A DNA stretch of 49,569 nucleotides, taken from Actinomycetota bacterium (GTDB lineage: Bacteria; Actinomycetota; UBA4738; HRBIN12). The stretch's first letter is position 1; the number at the start of each line of letters is the position of its first letter. The notes beneath the pieces were generated by a model. The model ran no database searches. It was not told the DNA's origin and worked only from the letters and a program-made list of their open reading frames with translations. The position numbers were made by a program, and so were the translations under genes. The stretch spans positions 1 through 49,569 of the forward strand of contig JBPCPX010000006.1 of the NCBI GenBank assembly GCA_050998695.1, read 5' to 3'. Below, piece by piece: positions 18,243-26,841 of the stretch.

Positions 18243-19832
18243 CTAGACGTCGGTCAGGGTGGCGATCACCTGTTGCCAGAGGTCGGTCGCGGTTCCCCCC
18301 TCGCCGTCGTCGATCGGGTACGCCCCGTACGCCGCCATCGTGCTCGGATCCAGCGGATCTCTCGAGATGGCGGTGTAGTCACCCCACCGCTCGACGCCGG
18401 GGCCGTACTCGTACCGCCCGAAGCCCGCCTGGATGAGGATGGATGAGGAACTCGTGGCGCCCGGCTGGACCACACCGGCGTAGGCGGCGAGGCATTCGGG
18501 TGCGCCCGCGCGCGCGTAGTTGACCCAGACCTTCCCATCGCCGTCGGTCGCGATCGAGGGCCATGCCACGTCGCGACCGGCGACGCCTACGCGCCCCTTC
18601 CGGGTCACGTCGGAGTTGGCCAGGACCGAGGACGGATCGACCTCCCACCATCGGACCACCGACTCCACGGCGCCGCCCCCGATGTTCCCCGTCATCGCGG
18701 TGGTCGTGTAGAGCCGCCCGAGCGCGCTATCCAAGAACGACGAGGTCAGCCGAAGGTCACCCGTGTCCCATTTCGAGTTGAGACCTGTCGTGTTCCCGCA
18801 CTGCCGCCCCCACGGCGGATAGGCCATCCCGCCTCCGCCGAGTGAAACCTTCGACAGCTTCAGGACGCCATCAACAGCCTTCAGCCGCCACAGGATCAGT
18901 TTGCCCGTCGAGCCGTTGAAATCGAGCGACGTCATGTACTGGGTGGTGGGGGCGCCGCCGGTCGAGACGGTGGGCACGATCGTGAACGCTCGGGAGCCGT
19001 CCGGATCCCTCGTCTGGGTCCGGCTGAAGACCTTGATCGGGACTACGGGGACCGAGCAGTCGTAGAGCTGTGCCTTGCGCATGGAGACGACCTGCACGTA
19101 CTGGAAGCCTCCCGCGAACGGCGCGTCGGAGTAGTCGAATTGGTTGGTGGTGAGCGTCACCCGGTCCTCGGTGAACCCGAGCATCGGGTAGTCGGCGAGT
19201 TGCTTCCCGTTGTTTCGAACCTGGTCGCCCGACATGTGGAGCACGCACCAGTCCGCCGTGACCGCCTCCGATCCCTCCGGGATCACCACGAGGGAGAGGA
19301 AACTCCGGGTGTTGCTCGCCGAGGCGAACACCAGGAGGAAATGCTGTCGGTACGCGTCGTAGACCACCTTGGGATCGAAGTCGCGCACCCCCGCTGGCAG
19401 CTGGTCGTCGAGGGAACGAAGACGACGGGGAGGATCGACCTCGAGCCCCGCACGGTCGTAGAACGCCATGTGGACGTTCACGGCCGCCAGGTGGTGAGTG
19501 AGCCCGAGGGCACCCGTCGGGTCTCCGGGCGACACGTCCGCGAGGTCGGGCACGCCGTCGAACGTCGGAGGCAGGACGGTCGGTGCGAGGATCCCCCCGC
19601 TCTCCCCCGGCGTCGCCGGCTGCGAACCCGCCGGGATCGCCCGCAGGTCGCTGCCCGCGCGAACGAGCCTCGGCACCTCGGTCGACCTGGGTCCACCAGG
19701 GTCGGAAGCGCTGTCGATCCCCGCGACATGCGTCTTGGGCGAGGCATCGATCCCGGTCTCGGAATGCGCCGGCATCGGCATCGCGAGCACTGCGATGACA
19801 GCTGTGAGTCCCCAAGTGAGACGACGACGCAT
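18243..19832 (-). CDS. Secreted hypothetical protein (possible beta-propeller fold), function unknown
   Basis: The internal ATG at 19832 gives a Sec-type signal peptide, MRRRLTWGLTAVIAVLAMPMPAHS. 529 aa, beta-rich, with a C-terminal WGDYTAISRDP motif. An alternative start is at 19847. The ORF extension up to 20018 looks non-coding. Confidence 0.75.
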   Translation of the reverse strand: MRRRLTWGLTAVIAVLAMPMPAHSETGIDASPKTHVAGIDSASDPGGPRSTEVPRLVRAGSDLRAIPAGSQPATPGESGGILAPTVLPPTFDGVPDLADVSPGDPTGALGLTHHLAAVNVHMAFYDRAGLEVDPPRRLRSLDDQLPAGVRDFDPKVVYDAYRQHFLLVFASASNTRSFLSLVVIPEGSEAVTADWCVLHMSGDQVRNNGKQLADYPMLGFTEDRVTLTTNQFDYSDAPFAGGFQYVQVVSMRKAQLYDCSVPVVPIKVFSRTQTRDPDGSRAFTIVPTVSTGGAPTTQYMTSLDFNGSTGKLILWRLKAVDGVLKLSKVSLGGGGMAYPPWGRQCGNTTGLNSKWDTGDLRLTSSFLDSALGRLYTTTAMTGNIGGGAVESVVRWWEVDPSSVLANSDVTRKGRVGVAGRDVAWPSIATDGDGKVWVNYARAGAPECLAAYAGVVQPGATSSSSILIQAGFGRYEYGPGVERWGDYTAISRDPLDPSTMAAYGAYPIDDGEGGTATDLWQQVIATLTDV

Positions 19833-19935
19833 CGATGCATCCTCCATAGGAGCGGTGCGGCGCCCTCCCGCCGCATGAGACGCCAAAGGTAACAGGCCGT
19901 TGACTCGGCGGGAACGGGAATGCCACCATCCATCC

Positions 19936-20007
19936 ATGATGACGGCGGCGAACCACGACTGGGCGTGGCCGAAGGGCTCGATGAGCCTAGGGCATCCGCC
20001 GCGCTGA
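19936..20007 (+). CDS. Candidate trp leader peptide (23 codons, W-A-W)
   Basis: ATGATG...TGA encodes MMTAANHDWAWPKGSMSLGHPPR, with TGG codons at 19960 and 19966. It lies in the 5' region of trpE and is followed by a terminator-like hairpin. The SD is weak, and conservation was not checked. Confidence 0.4.
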   Translation: MMTAANHDWAWPKGSMSLGHPPR

Positions 20008-20030
20008 TCCCTCTTCACACGAACGCGACG

Positions 20031-20055
20031 AGCCCCGGAGATCCGGGGCTCCTTT
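20031..20055 (+). terminator. Terminator/attenuator-like hairpin immediately upstream of trpE
   Basis: AGCCCCGG-AGAT-CCGGGGCT (perfect 8 bp, extendable by flanking pairs) followed by CCTTTC. It ends 1 nt before the first trpE ATG (20057). No upstream same-strand gene needs terminating here. Confidence 0.45.
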
Positions 20056-20071
20056 CATGACAGGACAGGAC

Positions 20072-21622
20072 ATGTCTTCCGAGAAGCGCGACGAGAGATC
20101 GTCTCCCAAGAACAGCGACGAGAAGTCGTCTTCCCTCGCGCTCGCGATCCGGCCGGACCGGAACGGGTTCGAGGCCCTCGCGCGCGAATGGGCGCTCGTC
20201 CCCATGTGGGCCGAGCTGCTTGCCGACGTATCGACGCCGGTGGGTCTGTTCCCCACCGTGGCGGATGCAGGACCGGGGATCCTGTTGGAATCGGTGGAGC
20301 GCTCCGAGCGCTGGGGTCGCTACTCCTTCGTCGGGGGCGACCCGGCGGCGACGCTGATCCTGGACGGAGCCGGCCTCCGGATCCAGGACGCGGTTCGGGA
20401 CCTGCCCCTCGCGATCTCGAACCGGGGATCGGCTCGGGAAGCGCTGGTCACCGCCGCGCGTTCGATCCGCGGACCGCGCTTGCCCGACCTCCCGCCGCTC
20501 ACCGGCGGGCTGATGGGATACCTCGCCTACGAGGCCGCCGGGCTGCTCGACGGCCATCCGGCACCCCACCCCGAGGAGGCCCCCTGCCCGCCGATCGGGC
20601 TCCTCGCGATCGATCGCGCGGTGGTCTTCGACCACTGGCGGCAGCGGCTCATCCTCGTCGCGCACGTGCCCGCCGGCGGCTACGACGGCGGCGTGGAGGC
20701 TCTGGAGGAGCTGGCGGGCCGGATCGCGACGGCCGTGACGCCGTCCCTCGCCACGATGAACGGCGACGGATCCGCGGGAGCCGGTGAACCGAACATGCCC
20801 GATGACGAGTACCGCCAGATCGTCTCCTCGTTCAAGGACCACATCTTGGCGGGGGACATCTATCAGGGGGTGCCGTCTCGGAGGGTGTCGTTCGAGGCGC
20901 AGGAAGGTGGGTTCCCGATCTATCGGCGGCTTCGCGTCTCGAATCCGGCTCCGTATATGTTCTTCCTCCGCATGCTCGACATGGAGCTGGCGGGTTCCTC
21001 GCCGGAGCCGCTCGTCCGAGTGGAGGGACGACGGGTGTCCGCTCGTCCGATCGCCGGCACGCGACCCCGGGGTCGAACGGAGGTCCGAGACCGATTGCTC
21101 GAGCACGAGCTCCTCGCGGATCCCAAGGAGCAAGCGGAACACGCGATGCTCGTGGACCTCGCACGCAACGACCTGGGTCGCGTATGCGTTCCCGGCAGCG
21201 TTCGTCCGACGGAACTCATGGAGGTCGAACGGTTCTCCCAGGTGATGCACATCGTCTCGACGGTCGAGGGCGACCTCCGGGAGGACCGCCATCCGCTCGA
21301 CGCCCTGGCGGCGACGTTCCCGGCAGGGACCGTCACTGGTGCGCCCAAACGCCGGGCGATGGAACTGATCGCGGAGCGGGAGCCGACCGCGCGGGGCCCG
21401 TATGCCGGCGCGGTCGGCTACCTCACGTTCGCGGGAGACCTCGACTTCTGCATCACGATCCGGACGGCGGTGGTCGCCGGCGGCAAGGCGCACGTGCAGA
21501 CCGGCGCGGGCGTGGTGGCCGACTCCGACCCGGAGACGGAGCTCGTCGAGACGAAGGCGAAAGCGGCGGCGTTGCTGCCGGCCGTGGGTACCCTCGGAGC
21601 GGAGAGGGTGCCGGACGGATGA
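20072..21622 (+). CDS. trpE: Anthranilate synthase component I
   Basis: Chorismate-binding enzyme with LLESVE...GRYSF near the N-terminus and a conserved C-terminal catalytic region (GAPKRRAMELI, GPYAGAVGY). The ATG at 20072 has AGGACAGGA upstream. The ATG at 20057 is the alternative. Confidence 0.93.
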   Translation: MSSEKRDERSSPKNSDEKSSSLALAIRPDRNGFEALAREWALVPMWAELLADVSTPVGLFPTVADAGPGILLESVERSERWGRYSFVGGDPAATLILDGAGLRIQDAVRDLPLAISNRGSAREALVTAARSIRGPRLPDLPPLTGGLMGYLAYEAAGLLDGHPAPHPEEAPCPPIGLLAIDRAVVFDHWRQRLILVAHVPAGGYDGGVEALEELAGRIATAVTPSLATMNGDGSAGAGEPNMPDDEYRQIVSSFKDHILAGDIYQGVPSRRVSFEAQEGGFPIYRRLRVSNPAPYMFFLRMLDMELAGSSPEPLVRVEGRRVSARPIAGTRPRGRTEVRDRLLEHELLADPKEQAEHAMLVDLARNDLGRVCVPGSVRPTELMEVERFSQVMHIVSTVEGDLREDRHPLDALAATFPAGTVTGAPKRRAMELIAEREPTARGPYAGAVGYLTFAGDLDFCITIRTAVVAGGKAHVQTGAGVVADSDPETELVETKAKAAALLPAVGTLGAERVPDG

Positions 21623-22185
21623 TCCTCGTCGTCGATCACTACGACAGCTTCACGTACAACCTCGTGCAGCTGATCGAGGGTTTCGGGAGAGCCACCGGGG
21701 TCGTGAAGTCCGACGAGCTGCCCGCGGGCGACCCCGTCGCCCACGAGCCCGACGCCGTGGTCCTATCCCCCGGACCCGGTCACCCGAAGAACGCGGGTTG
21801 CTTCCCGGAGCTCCTCGACCTGCTCCCCCGGGACACCCCCGTTCTCGGCGTGTGTCTCGGTCATCAGGCGCTCGGCGTCGCGAGCGGCGGCACCGTCGAC
21901 CGCACCACGCCGTTCCACGGGAAGGCGTCGCTCGTCCATCACGAAGGTCGCGGGATCCTGGACGGCGTCACCAGTCCGTTCGAGGCGGGGCGGTACCACT
22001 CCCTCGTGGTGATCCGTGATGACCTCCCACCCGAGCTCGAGCTGACTGCGTGGACCGACGACGGGCTCGTGATGGCCACGCAACACCGCGAGATGCCTCG
22101 GTTCGGCGTCCAGTTCCACCCGGAGTCGATCCTCACGCCGGAAGGACCTCGGATCGTCGAGAACTTCCTGGCGCTCGCCGGCTGA
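21619..22185 (+). CDS. trpG: Anthranilate synthase component II (glutamine amidotransferase)
   Basis: 188 aa from the ATG at 21619, with an ATGA overlap with trpE. MILVVDHYDSFTYNLVQ, GVCLGHQ (catalytic Cys), QFHPES. Confidence 0.93.
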   Translation: MILVVDHYDSFTYNLVQLIEGFGRATGVVKSDELPAGDPVAHEPDAVVLSPGPGHPKNAGCFPELLDLLPRDTPVLGVCLGHQALGVASGGTVDRTTPFHGKASLVHHEGRGILDGVTSPFEAGRYHSLVVIRDDLPPELELTAWTDDGLVMATQHREMPRFGVQFHPESILTPEGPRIVENFLALAG

Positions 22186-22186
22186 T

Positions 22187-23110
22187 CTACGGTCCCGGGC
22201 ACTTAGGCGCGTAGGCGAACGCGCCGGAGTTCGCCGCGACCCGGCAGGCGGACGCGTCGACCGCGACGAACGCGCGCGCGGGCACGTGCTTGAGCTGGTC
22301 GACGAACGAGTACGTCCACCGAGGATCGACGGCTCCCTGGAAGTACCAGTCGCTGCCGTTGTCCGCCACGATCATCCCGTAGCGCTTCATCGCGCCGAGC
22401 ACGATCTGAGCCCGCAGCGAGTAGCCGCTCATGTCGTACCCGGCCTTGAGCCGGAACCTCGCGCCCATCGGCGGGCACGCCGGGTTCGCGACGCCCGCCT
22501 GGTGTCGCACCGGCCAGACGTAGCTCCGGCGCGTGCAGTCGACGGTGAAGCGCAGCGCATGGTGGATCCCAGCGTTCGGCCCGAAGACCTCGTCGTAGCG
22601 AACCAGGCCCGGGAAGATCGGGAGTCCGGCGGCATCGGCGCTGGTCCACTCGGCCGGCCGGAGGGCGTTCGAGCTCAGGTCGAAGATCGCGCCGCTGCCG
22701 GCGGTCGGGTTCCCCCCGTTCCGCCGGACGTCGAACAGTTCGTAGAGCATGCACGTTCCTTCGTCGACCATGATCGCGTGGCGGTCCGAACCGCCCTCGA
22801 TCCGCACGTCGCCGCCGAACGGGTACGGACCGGGGTCGCTCTCCTCGTCGTATCGGAAGTCGATCGAGACCTTCGCGTGCGACGACGGCACCACGTCGAA
22901 CGGGATCCCGTGGGAAGGTGGGCCGAAGTCCGGGTGCAGCCGCGTCGTCCCTGCGTGGGTCGCACGCTTCCACGTCGCGCTCTTCGGATGCACCGGGAGC
23001 TTCCGGATGTCCATGCGCCAGACGTTGTTGGCCGGGAAGACCGCGCACGAGGTGCCGGGCACGTCGGCCGCGGTGGCAGGCAACGCCGACGGACCGGACC
23101 CCAAGGCCAA
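22187..23110 (-). CDS. Conserved-looking hypothetical protein, probably exported. The N-terminal signal peptide appears interrupted by a 1-nt frame change.
   Basis: 307-aa ORF from the TTG at 23110. Motifs HHALRFT, GARFRLK and YGMIVADNGSDWYF. The in-frame upstream codons read LGLCAATLALGSGPSALPATAA with no start codon. GTG-MRKTSG lies in another frame at 23142. Confidence 0.7.
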   Translation of the reverse strand: MALGSGPSALPATAADVPGTSCAVFPANNVWRMDIRKLPVHPKSATWKRATHAGTTRLHPDFGPPSHGIPFDVVPSSHAKVSIDFRYDEESDPGPYPFGGDVRIEGGSDRHAIMVDEGTCMLYELFDVRRNGGNPTAGSGAIFDLSSNALRPAEWTSADAAGLPIFPGLVRYDEVFGPNAGIHHALRFTVDCTRRSYVWPVRHQAGVANPACPPMGARFRLKAGYDMSGYSLRAQIVLGAMKRYGMIVADNGSDWYFQGAVDPRWTYSFVDQLKHVPARAFVAVDASACRVAANSGAFAYAPKCPGP

Positions 23111-23182
23111 AGTGGCCGCACACAGCCCGAGGTCTTCCTCACTCCGGGGGTATCGGCAGCCGGAGCGTTCCGTTGAGCGAGG

Positions 23183-24271
23183 TCAGTCGGACGGGACGGC
23201 GGAGGCCGCCAGCTTCTTGGCCTCGGCGATCAGACGGGGAACGAACTCGGACTCGGGGATCTTGTCGATGACCTCACCCTTCACGACGAGGAAGCCCTGG
23301 CCCTTGCCCGCCGCGATCCCCAGGTCGGCCTCGCGAGCCTCCCCGGGGCCGTTCACGACGCAGCCCATGACCGCGACGCGGATCGGCGCCTTGAGTCCCT
23401 CCCGCTCGAGCGCCTCGTTCACCTGTTTCGTGAGACCGAGCACGTCGACCTCGGCGCGGCCGCACGAGGGGCAGGCCACGAGATCCAGGCCGCGCTTCCG
23501 CAGCCCGAGCGACTGCAGGATCGCCGTGCCGACCTTGACCTCCTCCACGGGATCGTCCGTCAGCGAGACGCGGATCGTGTCGCCGATCCCTTCCGAGAGC
23601 AGCGTCCCGATCCCGACCGCGCTCTTCACGCCTCCCATCGGCATCGGCCCGGCCTCGGTGACCCCGAGGTGCAATGGGTAGTCGCACTTCTCCGCGAGCT
23701 GGCGATACGCCTCGATCATCACGAGCGGGTTCGAGTGCTTGACCGAGATCTTGATATCGAAGAAGTCCTCGTCCTCGAGGATCCGGGCCTCGTAGATGGC
23801 CGACTCGACCAGTGCCTCCGGCGTGGGCGCGCCGTAACGCGCGAGCAGGTCTTTGTGGAGCGAGCCGGCGTTCACGCCGATCCGGATCGGCACACCCCTC
23901 GCCTTCGCCTCCCGCGCGATCACGCGCACCTTGTCGTCGTACTTGATGTTGCCGGGGTTGATCCGCAGCCCCTGGATCCCCGCCTCCAGCGCGGCGATCG
24001 CGTACTTCCATTGGAAGTGGATGTCGGCGATCACCGGCACCGTGGACTTGGCCGCGATCGCCTCCAGAGCCTTGGCGTCCTCCCAGTGCGGGACGGCGAC
24101 GCGCACGATGTCCACCCCCGCGGCGACGAGCGACGCGATCTGCTGCAGCGTCGCGTTGATGTCAGCCGTCTTGGTGGTGGTCATCGACTGGATCGAGACC
24201 GGCGCGTCACCGCCCACCGCGACACGTCCCACGTGGAGCTGCCTCGTCGCGCGTCGCTGGATCATCACCAT
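23183..24271 (-). CDS. ispG: 4-hydroxy-3-methylbut-2-en-1-yl diphosphate synthase (MEP pathway)
   Basis: 362 aa: [11 protein letters not shown]...RINPGNI...CPSCGR. Canonical IspG/GcpE. Confidence 0.96.
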   Translation of the reverse strand: MVMIQRRATRQLHVGRVAVGGDAPVSIQSMTTTKTADINATLQQIASLVAAGVDIVRVAVPHWEDAKALEAIAAKSTVPVIADIHFQWKYAIAALEAGIQGLRINPGNIKYDDKVRVIAREAKARGVPIRIGVNAGSLHKDLLARYGAPTPEALVESAIYEARILEDEDFFDIKISVKHSNPLVMIEAYRQLAEKCDYPLHLGVTEAGPMPMGGVKSAVGIGTLLSEGIGDTIRVSLTDDPVEEVKVGTAILQSLGLRKRGLDLVACPSCGRAEVDVLGLTKQVNEALEREGLKAPIRVAVMGCVVNGPGEAREADLGIAAGKGQGFLVVKGEVIDKIPESEFVPRLIAEAKKLAASAVPSD

Positions 24272-24278
24272 CAGTCTC

Positions 24279-24728
24279 TCAGCTGCCGAACACGTGGAAG
24301 GTGACGGTCCGATCCTTCGGCTCGTCCATCTCGAAGAAGATCAGGCGTTGCCATGTCCCGAGCGACGGTTCCCCGCCGAGCACGGGGATCGCGTGCGAGG
24401 TGGCTGACAGCAGCATCGCCTTGACGTGGGCATGGCCGTTCTTCCGCTCGTCGGGATGCATGTTCTGCGTCCGGATCTCGAAGTCGTCGTGGCGGTAGTA
24501 CGTCCCCTCGTGCGGCACCAGCTCGATCAGATGCCGACGGAAGTCCTCCAGCGCCCCGTCCTCCCACTCGTTGATCAGCAACGCGCACGTCGTGTGGGCG
24601 CAGAACGCGACGGCGACCCCCTCCGTGACGCCGGCATCCTTGATCGCGCGACCGAGCTCGTCGGTGAGGTCGACGTAGGCGTATCGCTCCGGGGGAGTGA
24701 CGGTGATGGTCGTCGTGCTCGATCTCAC
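24279..24728 (-). CDS. yjbQ: YjbQ/UPF0047 family protein (secondary thiamine-phosphate synthase-like)
   Basis: 149 aa: [15 protein letters not shown]...[10 protein letters not shown]...[12 protein letters not shown]. The start overlaps the kinase stop by 4 nt, and its stop is 7 nt from the ispG start. Confidence 0.88.
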   Translation of the reverse strand: MRSSTTTITVTPPERYAYVDLTDELGRAIKDAGVTEGVAVAFCAHTTCALLINEWEDGALEDFRRHLIELVPHEGTYYRHDDFEIRTQNMHPDERKNGHAHVKAMLLSATSHAIPVLGGEPSLGTWQRLIFFEMDEPKDRTVTFHVFGS

Positions 24729-26071
24729 GGGCCGCTCCCATCGGCAGAGGGGAGGTCGAACGTGAACACGCTGCCGCGACCCGGTTCGCTCTCGGCCCTG
24801 ATCTGGCCACCGTGCGCCTCGACGACCGAACGTGCGATCGCCAGGCCGATCCCGGTCCCGCCGTCTTCCCGTGCGCGCGCGGGGTCGGCCCGATAGAAGC
24901 GCTCGAACAGCCTGGGCAGGTGCTCCGGCGGGATACCGGCCCCCGTGTCGGACACCACCACCTCCACCGAGCCGTTCCGGCGCCGAGCCGAGACCGTCAC
25001 GTGACCACCGTCGGGTGTGAATCGCACCGCGTTGTCGACGAGATTGAACAACACCTGGTGGACCCGCTCCCTGTCGACGGACAGGGCGGGCAGGTCGTTG
25101 GGCACGTGATTGTCGACCCGCACCCCTCGGCCCGGAAGGGCGACGTCGATCTCGGAGATCAGGTCGTCGACGAGCGGTTGCAGGGGAAGCGCCTCGATCC
25201 GGAGCGGGATCTCGCCGGACTCGAGCCTCGAGAGATCGAGGAGCTGATCGACGAGCCGGCCCAACCGCTCGACCTGGGCGAGCATCACTTCGAGCGTCGC
25301 CCGCTCGGGCTGCTCCACGCCGTCGAGCAGGTTCTCGAGATGCGCTCGGATCGCCGTGATCGGTGTCTTCAGCTCGTGTGAGACGTTGGCCACCAGGTCG
25401 CGACGGCTCTTCTCGAGGTTCTCGAGCTCGCCGCTCATCCGGTTGAACGCGGCGGCGAGCTTCCCCACCTCATCCCTGCTGCGGGTCTGCACTCGGACCG
25501 AGTAGTCCCCCGTCTCCATCATCCGGGCGGCCGACGCCATGTCTCGCAGAGGCCGTGTCATCCCTCTCGCGAAGAAGCGTGCCACGACGAGCGAGATCGT
25601 GGCGGCGACCACGCCGACGAGGAGGAACTGCCACCACACGCTCTGAAGGAAGCCGGTCGTCGCGGACAGACGTCCGAGGAATCCTCGCGACGGCGAGCGC
25701 GTCAACGCCGTCACGGAGCCTCCGTCGCTCGTGGGGACGGTGGCGAAGACGTTCGCGCCGATCACGCCCCAGCGCGGAGCATCCACCTGCAGGCGGGGCA
25801 ACTCACCGAGGTCCGTCCCACGGACCTCGGTGGACCCGTCCGCGTCAAGGATCACCACCATCGCTCCCGGCGGGACCGAGTCCAAGCGGTCGATCGCCGC
25901 CCGCCGGGCGAGGCTCAGGGCGTCGATCGCCTCGGAGCCGCGAGGCGAGTTCCGAAGGGCGAACCCGATCAGAACGTAGCTGATCGCGAGCGCGAGACCG
26001 ACCGCGATCACGACCGTCGATCCGAGCTTCGCTCGGATCGACGTCAGCCTGTCGAGCGGACGGGTCGCCAT
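24725..26071 (-). CDS. Two-component sensor histidine kinase (2 TM, HAMP, HisKA, HATPase_c)
   Basis: The ATG at 26071 lies 2 nt after the regulator stop (TAGCGATG). 448 aa. H-box VSHELKTP, G-box DTGAGI and GTGIGLAI. The ~130-aa region between the two hydrophobic segments is the presumed sensor. Confidence 0.92.
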   Translation of the reverse strand: MATRPLDRLTSIRAKLGSTVVIAVGLALAISYVLIGFALRNSPRGSEAIDALSLARRAAIDRLDSVPPGAMVVILDADGSTEVRGTDLGELPRLQVDAPRWGVIGANVFATVPTSDGGSVTALTRSPSRGFLGRLSATTGFLQSVWWQFLLVGVVAATISLVVARFFARGMTRPLRDMASAARMMETGDYSVRVQTRSRDEVGKLAAAFNRMSGELENLEKSRRDLVANVSHELKTPITAIRAHLENLLDGVEQPERATLEVMLAQVERLGRLVDQLLDLSRLESGEIPLRIEALPLQPLVDDLISEIDVALPGRGVRVDNHVPNDLPALSVDRERVHQVLFNLVDNAVRFTPDGGHVTVSARRRNGSVEVVVSDTGAGIPPEHLPRLFERFYRADPARAREDGGTGIGLAIARSVVEAHGGQIRAESEPGRGSVFTFDLPSADGSGP

Positions 26072-26073
26072 CG

Positions 26074-26763
26074 CTATTCCTTGAAGGCGTAGCCGACGCC
26101 GTGCACGGTCCGGATGAACCGCGGGTCGTTTCCGTCCTCGCCGATCTTCCGGCGCAGCCGCGCCACATGCGAATCGACGACCCGCCCACCCGCGTGGTCG
26201 CGGTACCCCCAGATCCGATCCATCAGCTGATCCCGGGAGAGCACGACGCCCGGCTCGCGAGCGAGCGCGTACAGGATCTCGAACTCGAGCGGTGTCAGCG
26301 GCACCTCGGCCCCGTCCACCTCGACGCGGCGCCGCTTCGCATCCACCAGCAGCCCGAGTCGATCGATCGCTTCGCCCCCCGACGATCCCTCGATCCGCTC
26401 GCGCCGCCGCAGGATCGCCTGCACCCGGACGGTGAGCTCCCGAAGGCTGAAAGGCTTGGTGAGGTAGTCGTCGGCGCCCACGGCGAAGCCGGCGACCTTG
26501 TCCGCCTCCTCCGTCCTGGCCGTGAGCATCAGCACCGGCGTCCACCCGCTCCGCTGGATCCGCGTGCATACCTCGAGCCCGTCCATGCCAGGCAGCATCA
26601 GGTCGAGCACCACCAGGTCGGGGCGATGTTCGGCGTGCATGCGGATCGCCTCGGGACCGTCGGAGGCGAGCACGACCTGAAACCCCTCGCTCTGGAGACG
26701 GGCCCGAACGGCTTCGGCGATCGCGTCCTCGTCCTCGACGACGAGCACGGTCTGTGGTGACAC
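26074..26763 (-). CDS. OmpR/PhoB-family response regulator
   Basis: 229 aa with GTG start: VLVVEDEDAI...DLVVLDLMLPGMDG...TKPF, plus a winged-helix C-terminus (RTVHGVGYAF). Confidence 0.95.
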   Translation of the reverse strand: MSPQTVLVVEDEDAIAEAVRARLQSEGFQVVLASDGPEAIRMHAEHRPDLVVLDLMLPGMDGLEVCTRIQRSGWTPVLMLTARTEEADKVAGFAVGADDYLTKPFSLRELTVRVQAILRRRERIEGSSGGEAIDRLGLLVDAKRRRVEVDGAEVPLTPLEFEILYALAREPGVVLSRDQLMDRIWGYRDHAGGRVVDSHVARLRRKIGEDGNDPRFIRTVHGVGYAFKE

Positions 26764-26841
26764 GCGGTCATCGTATCCACCAGGTCCCGGCCGGCGTGGC
26801 CTGTGGGGATGGAGAAATCGTGGCGGACCGCGGAAGAGCGC

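Noticed and set aside
19900-19929. TTGACT hexamer upstream of the candidate trp leader, considered as a -35 box
   Set aside because: No acceptable -10 (TAnnnT) lies at 16-19 nt spacing, so no promoter call can be supported from the sequence alone.
20015-21493. 492-aa minus-strand ORF opposite trpE
   Set aside because: It is a shadow ORF of a confidently identified gene, with Arg/Pro/Glu/His-rich composition and no motif.
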